A stretch of 64,000 bases of DNA from Mobula hypostoma (taxonomy: Eukaryota), in the NCBI RefSeq assembly GCF_963921235.1, contig NC_086108.1, positions 106,828,001-106,892,000 of the forward strand, written 5' to 3'. The notes beneath the pieces are model-generated. The model was not told the DNA's origin and did not search any database. It worked only from the letters and a program-made list of their open reading frames with translations. A program made the translations under genes and the position numbers. Every line of letters begins with the position of its first letter. Position 1 is the first letter of the stretch. Below, piece after piece: positions 61,085 through 64,000 of the stretch.

Positions 61085-61850
61085 CATTATTTGCTTCATC
61101 AAACACTTGCACTCTGTCCACCAGAAGCGGGACTTCCCAGTTGCCAAACCTTTTAATTCTCATTCCAATTCCTGAGCCATGGCCTCCTCTTGTGCCAAGA
61201 TGAGACGATCCTCAGGGAGGAGGAACAGCACCTGATATTCCGGCTGCTTACTCTCCAACCTGATGGTATGAATATCTATTTCTCCTTCCGGTGAACAGAA
61301 TTTCTCCTCCCCCATTCCTCTATTCTTTTACTTCTTCTCACCTGCCTATCACTTCCCCCGGAACCCCTCCAGCTTCCCTTTCTCCTCTGGTCCACTCTCC
61401 TCTCCTATCAGATTATTTCCTCTGCAGCCCTTGACTTTTCCCACCCACGTGGCTTCATCTATCACCATCTAGCTAGCCCCTTTCCCCTACCCCCACCTTT
61501 TGATTCAGACATCTTCCCTATCTCTTCTCAGTCCTGAAGAACGCTCTTCACCCGAAATATCAACATACACAAAATACTGGAGGAGCTCAGCAGGCCAGGC
61601 AGAGACCCTTCATCAGGACTGGGAGAAAAGATGTGGAGTCAGACTCTGTCCAGTGTCTGGCCCAAAATTTCGACTGTACTCTTTTCTAGAGATGCTGAGT
61701 TCCTCCAGAATTTTGTGCGTGATGTTTGGATTTCCAGCATCTGCTGATTTTCTCTTGTTTGCGATTGGCCTGAAATATCGACAGTTCACTCTTCTCCATA
61801 GATGCTGCCTGACCTGCTGAATTCCTCTAGTATTTTGTGTGTGTAGCTTC
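61085..61850 (+). mobile_element. Penelope endonuclease C-terminus, pLTR and adjacent fold-back fragments
   Basis: KHLHSVHQKRDFPVAKPFNS..HGLLLCQDETILREEEQHLIFRLLTLQPDGMNIYFS; tcagtcctgaagaa..cccgaaatatc at 61528-61561. Confidence 0.82.
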
Positions 61851-62519
61851 TTCTCTTACACATTGCTTGTTTTATCAGTCTTTGTTTATGTATAGTTTTT
61901 TGAAGATTCTATTGCATTTTTATTTATCTTCCTGTAATGCCTGCAAGGAAATTAAACTCAAGGTTGTATATAGTACACATACTTTGATAATAAACTTACT
62001 TTCAACTTTGATATTTGGAATGAGGTGCCAGAAGAAGAGGTTGAGATGGAAACAATAGGAACACTTAAAAGACATTAGGTCAGTACAGGGGCAGTAAAGT
62101 TCAAAGGGGCACGGGCCAAATACAGGCAAATGGGAAGAGCTCAGTGGACACCATAGCCAGCATGGATGAGTTGGGTTGAAAGTTTCTACTCTATATCTTA
62201 CACGGTAAACCAAATTAATAAAATAATCATTAGTCCAATTTGAGAGAGAGGATGAAGAAATACAGTCCGAGGCAGTTAGGGATTTTCAGCAAGTAAGGCA
62301 GCATCTGGGGAGAGGAATAAACAGTCAATGTTTCGAGCCAAGACTCTTCATCAAGAACCTGATGGCAAGGGGGAAGAAGCTGTTGTTGAACCTAGAGGTG
62401 AGAAGGGTCTATTACTGAAACATCAGCTGCTTATTAATTTCCATAGATGCTGCCTGACCTGCTGAATTACTCAAGAATTTTGTGTGTGTGGTTTTGGGTT
62501 TCCAGCATCTGCAGATTTT

Positions 62520-63950
62520 CTAAGTCATTGAAGAGAGGGTGTGGTCCAGACAGTGGGTGTCCCTGATGATAGACATTGCCTTTCTGAAACATTGACTCAT
62601 TGCTCCTGTACCTGTTGGCAGTATTGAGAAGAAGCCTTGTCCAAGTTGGTGGGGTCGTTAATAATGGATGTTACCTTCTTGAGGCATTGCCTTTTGAATA
62701 TATCCTGGATGGCGAGGAGGCTGCTGCCTATGACAGGCACTGGGGGAAAAATCTGTTTCCCATCCTAACAGTTCTTGCCCTAATGCTATGGTACCTCCTG
62801 TCCAATGATGGGAGATCAAAGAGGTTGTTGGACGGATGGGTGGGATCACTGAAAATGCTAAGAGGCCTGCGCACACAGTATCGCTGTTTGGTTGCCAATG
62901 CTGTGCATTGGTGTCTCCATACCAGACAGCAAAGCAACCACTCAAGGAAATCTCCATGGCACATCTGTTCATACAAATCAAACTATTACACTGGGACAGA
63001 GGCTGTCCTGAAGTCTTTTGGGACATGTTCTCAAGTTTGCGTTTCTTCTGTCCAATGGAAAGGGGAGAAAAGCAAGTAACCGGGGTGAGCAGGGTCTTTG
63101 ATTATGTTGTCTGCTTTCCTGAGGTGGAGGAAAGTGCAGATAGAGCCAATGGAATGGAGGTTCGTTTCCATTACAGGCTGGGCTCTGCTCATAACACAAG
63201 TCTTTCACTATGCTTCTCCCTTCCTCATTTCCCTTGTAACACTTAATAAAATGATTGTAAGCAACAAATTTTATACCTCAGTCGTGACTTCTGAAGAATA
63301 TTTGAATCATAAAACCATCAGGATCCAAAACTGTCCATTCTACCCATGCCTCTTAAAATCTTATAATCCTCCAATAAGTTGCCTCTCATCTTCCATCTCT
63401 CCAAAGAGAAAAGCCCGAAATCACGTAACCTCTCCACTTCAAAAACCTGCCAATGACTTTCTGAGTTCTTGGCCTCACAGTGCTTGAGATCTCTGCTCTC
63501 TAAAGCTCACTTCACCTTATGGGCAATGGTTCAGCTGGGTTTGAAGTTCAAGTTCAGTTTATTGTCATTCAGCCATACACTTGTATACCGCCAAACAAAA
63601 CAATGTCCCTTTGGACTGAGGTGCACAACACAGTACATATAATTCAAAGACAACACATAAAGTAATATTACCGCAAATAAATTCACAAATAATAAGGTGC
63701 ATTTACGAAACAATTTAAAAAGTAAATGGTATAATGCTACTAGTGGTTCATATATGGTGAGACCTGGGTGATCGCAGTGAGTCAGTAGTGTTATGGCCTG
63801 GTGGAAGAAGCAGTTTCCCATTCTAACAATTCTTGTCCTAATGCTACGGTATCTCCTGCCTGATGGTAGGGGGTCAATGAGATTGTTGCATTTATGGGAG
63901 GGATCATTGACAATGCTATAGACTTTATACCTTTGACTTTACACTTCATA
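62520..63950 (-). mobile_element. Several decayed Rex-related 3' fragments
   Basis: IFSDPTHPSNNLFDLPSLDRRYHSIRARTVRMGNRFFPQ (62728 onward) and a similar peptide at 63780-63910; (TTCAAG)n tails. Confidence 0.7.
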
Positions 63951-64000
63951 TTGAACTTGTTAAAGTTTACCTTGGCAAGTCATTATTTGGAATGAACTAT

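Overview
Eukaryotic, almost certainly vertebrate, non-coding DNA. The repeat repertoire (CR1, Rex1/Babar, Penelope, V-SINE, Tc1, RTE, L1, HERO) suggests a cartilaginous fish such as a ray; this is inference. I recognise no host protein-coding exon or intact structural RNA gene. Every interpretable ORF is transposon-derived, and most of the window is nested transposable-element debris separated by a few single-copy islands that may be conserved enhancers. Highlights: (1) a minimal type I hammerhead ribozyme motif (CAGTC-CTGANGA-A-GGG..CCC-GAAA-CGTC-GACTG) in many Penelope pseudo-LTR copies, including 110-200 bp TSD-flanked mini-elements whose inversion junctions sit at the ribozyme; (2) an RTE insertion with a 5' inversion (twin-priming-like) and a 10-bp TSD; (3) a multi-layer nest of old CR1, Harbinger, near-intact CR1 and L1 with readable junctions; (4) a composite element bounded by two Tc1-type mini-hairpin MITEs; (5) a perfect triple nuclear-receptor half-site array (DR1-DR1) in single-copy DNA; (6) four solo LTRs with TSDs; (7) a satellite grown from a CR1 tail. 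Family names come from recalled protein and terminal motifs, not database searches. Boundaries without a TSD are approximate.
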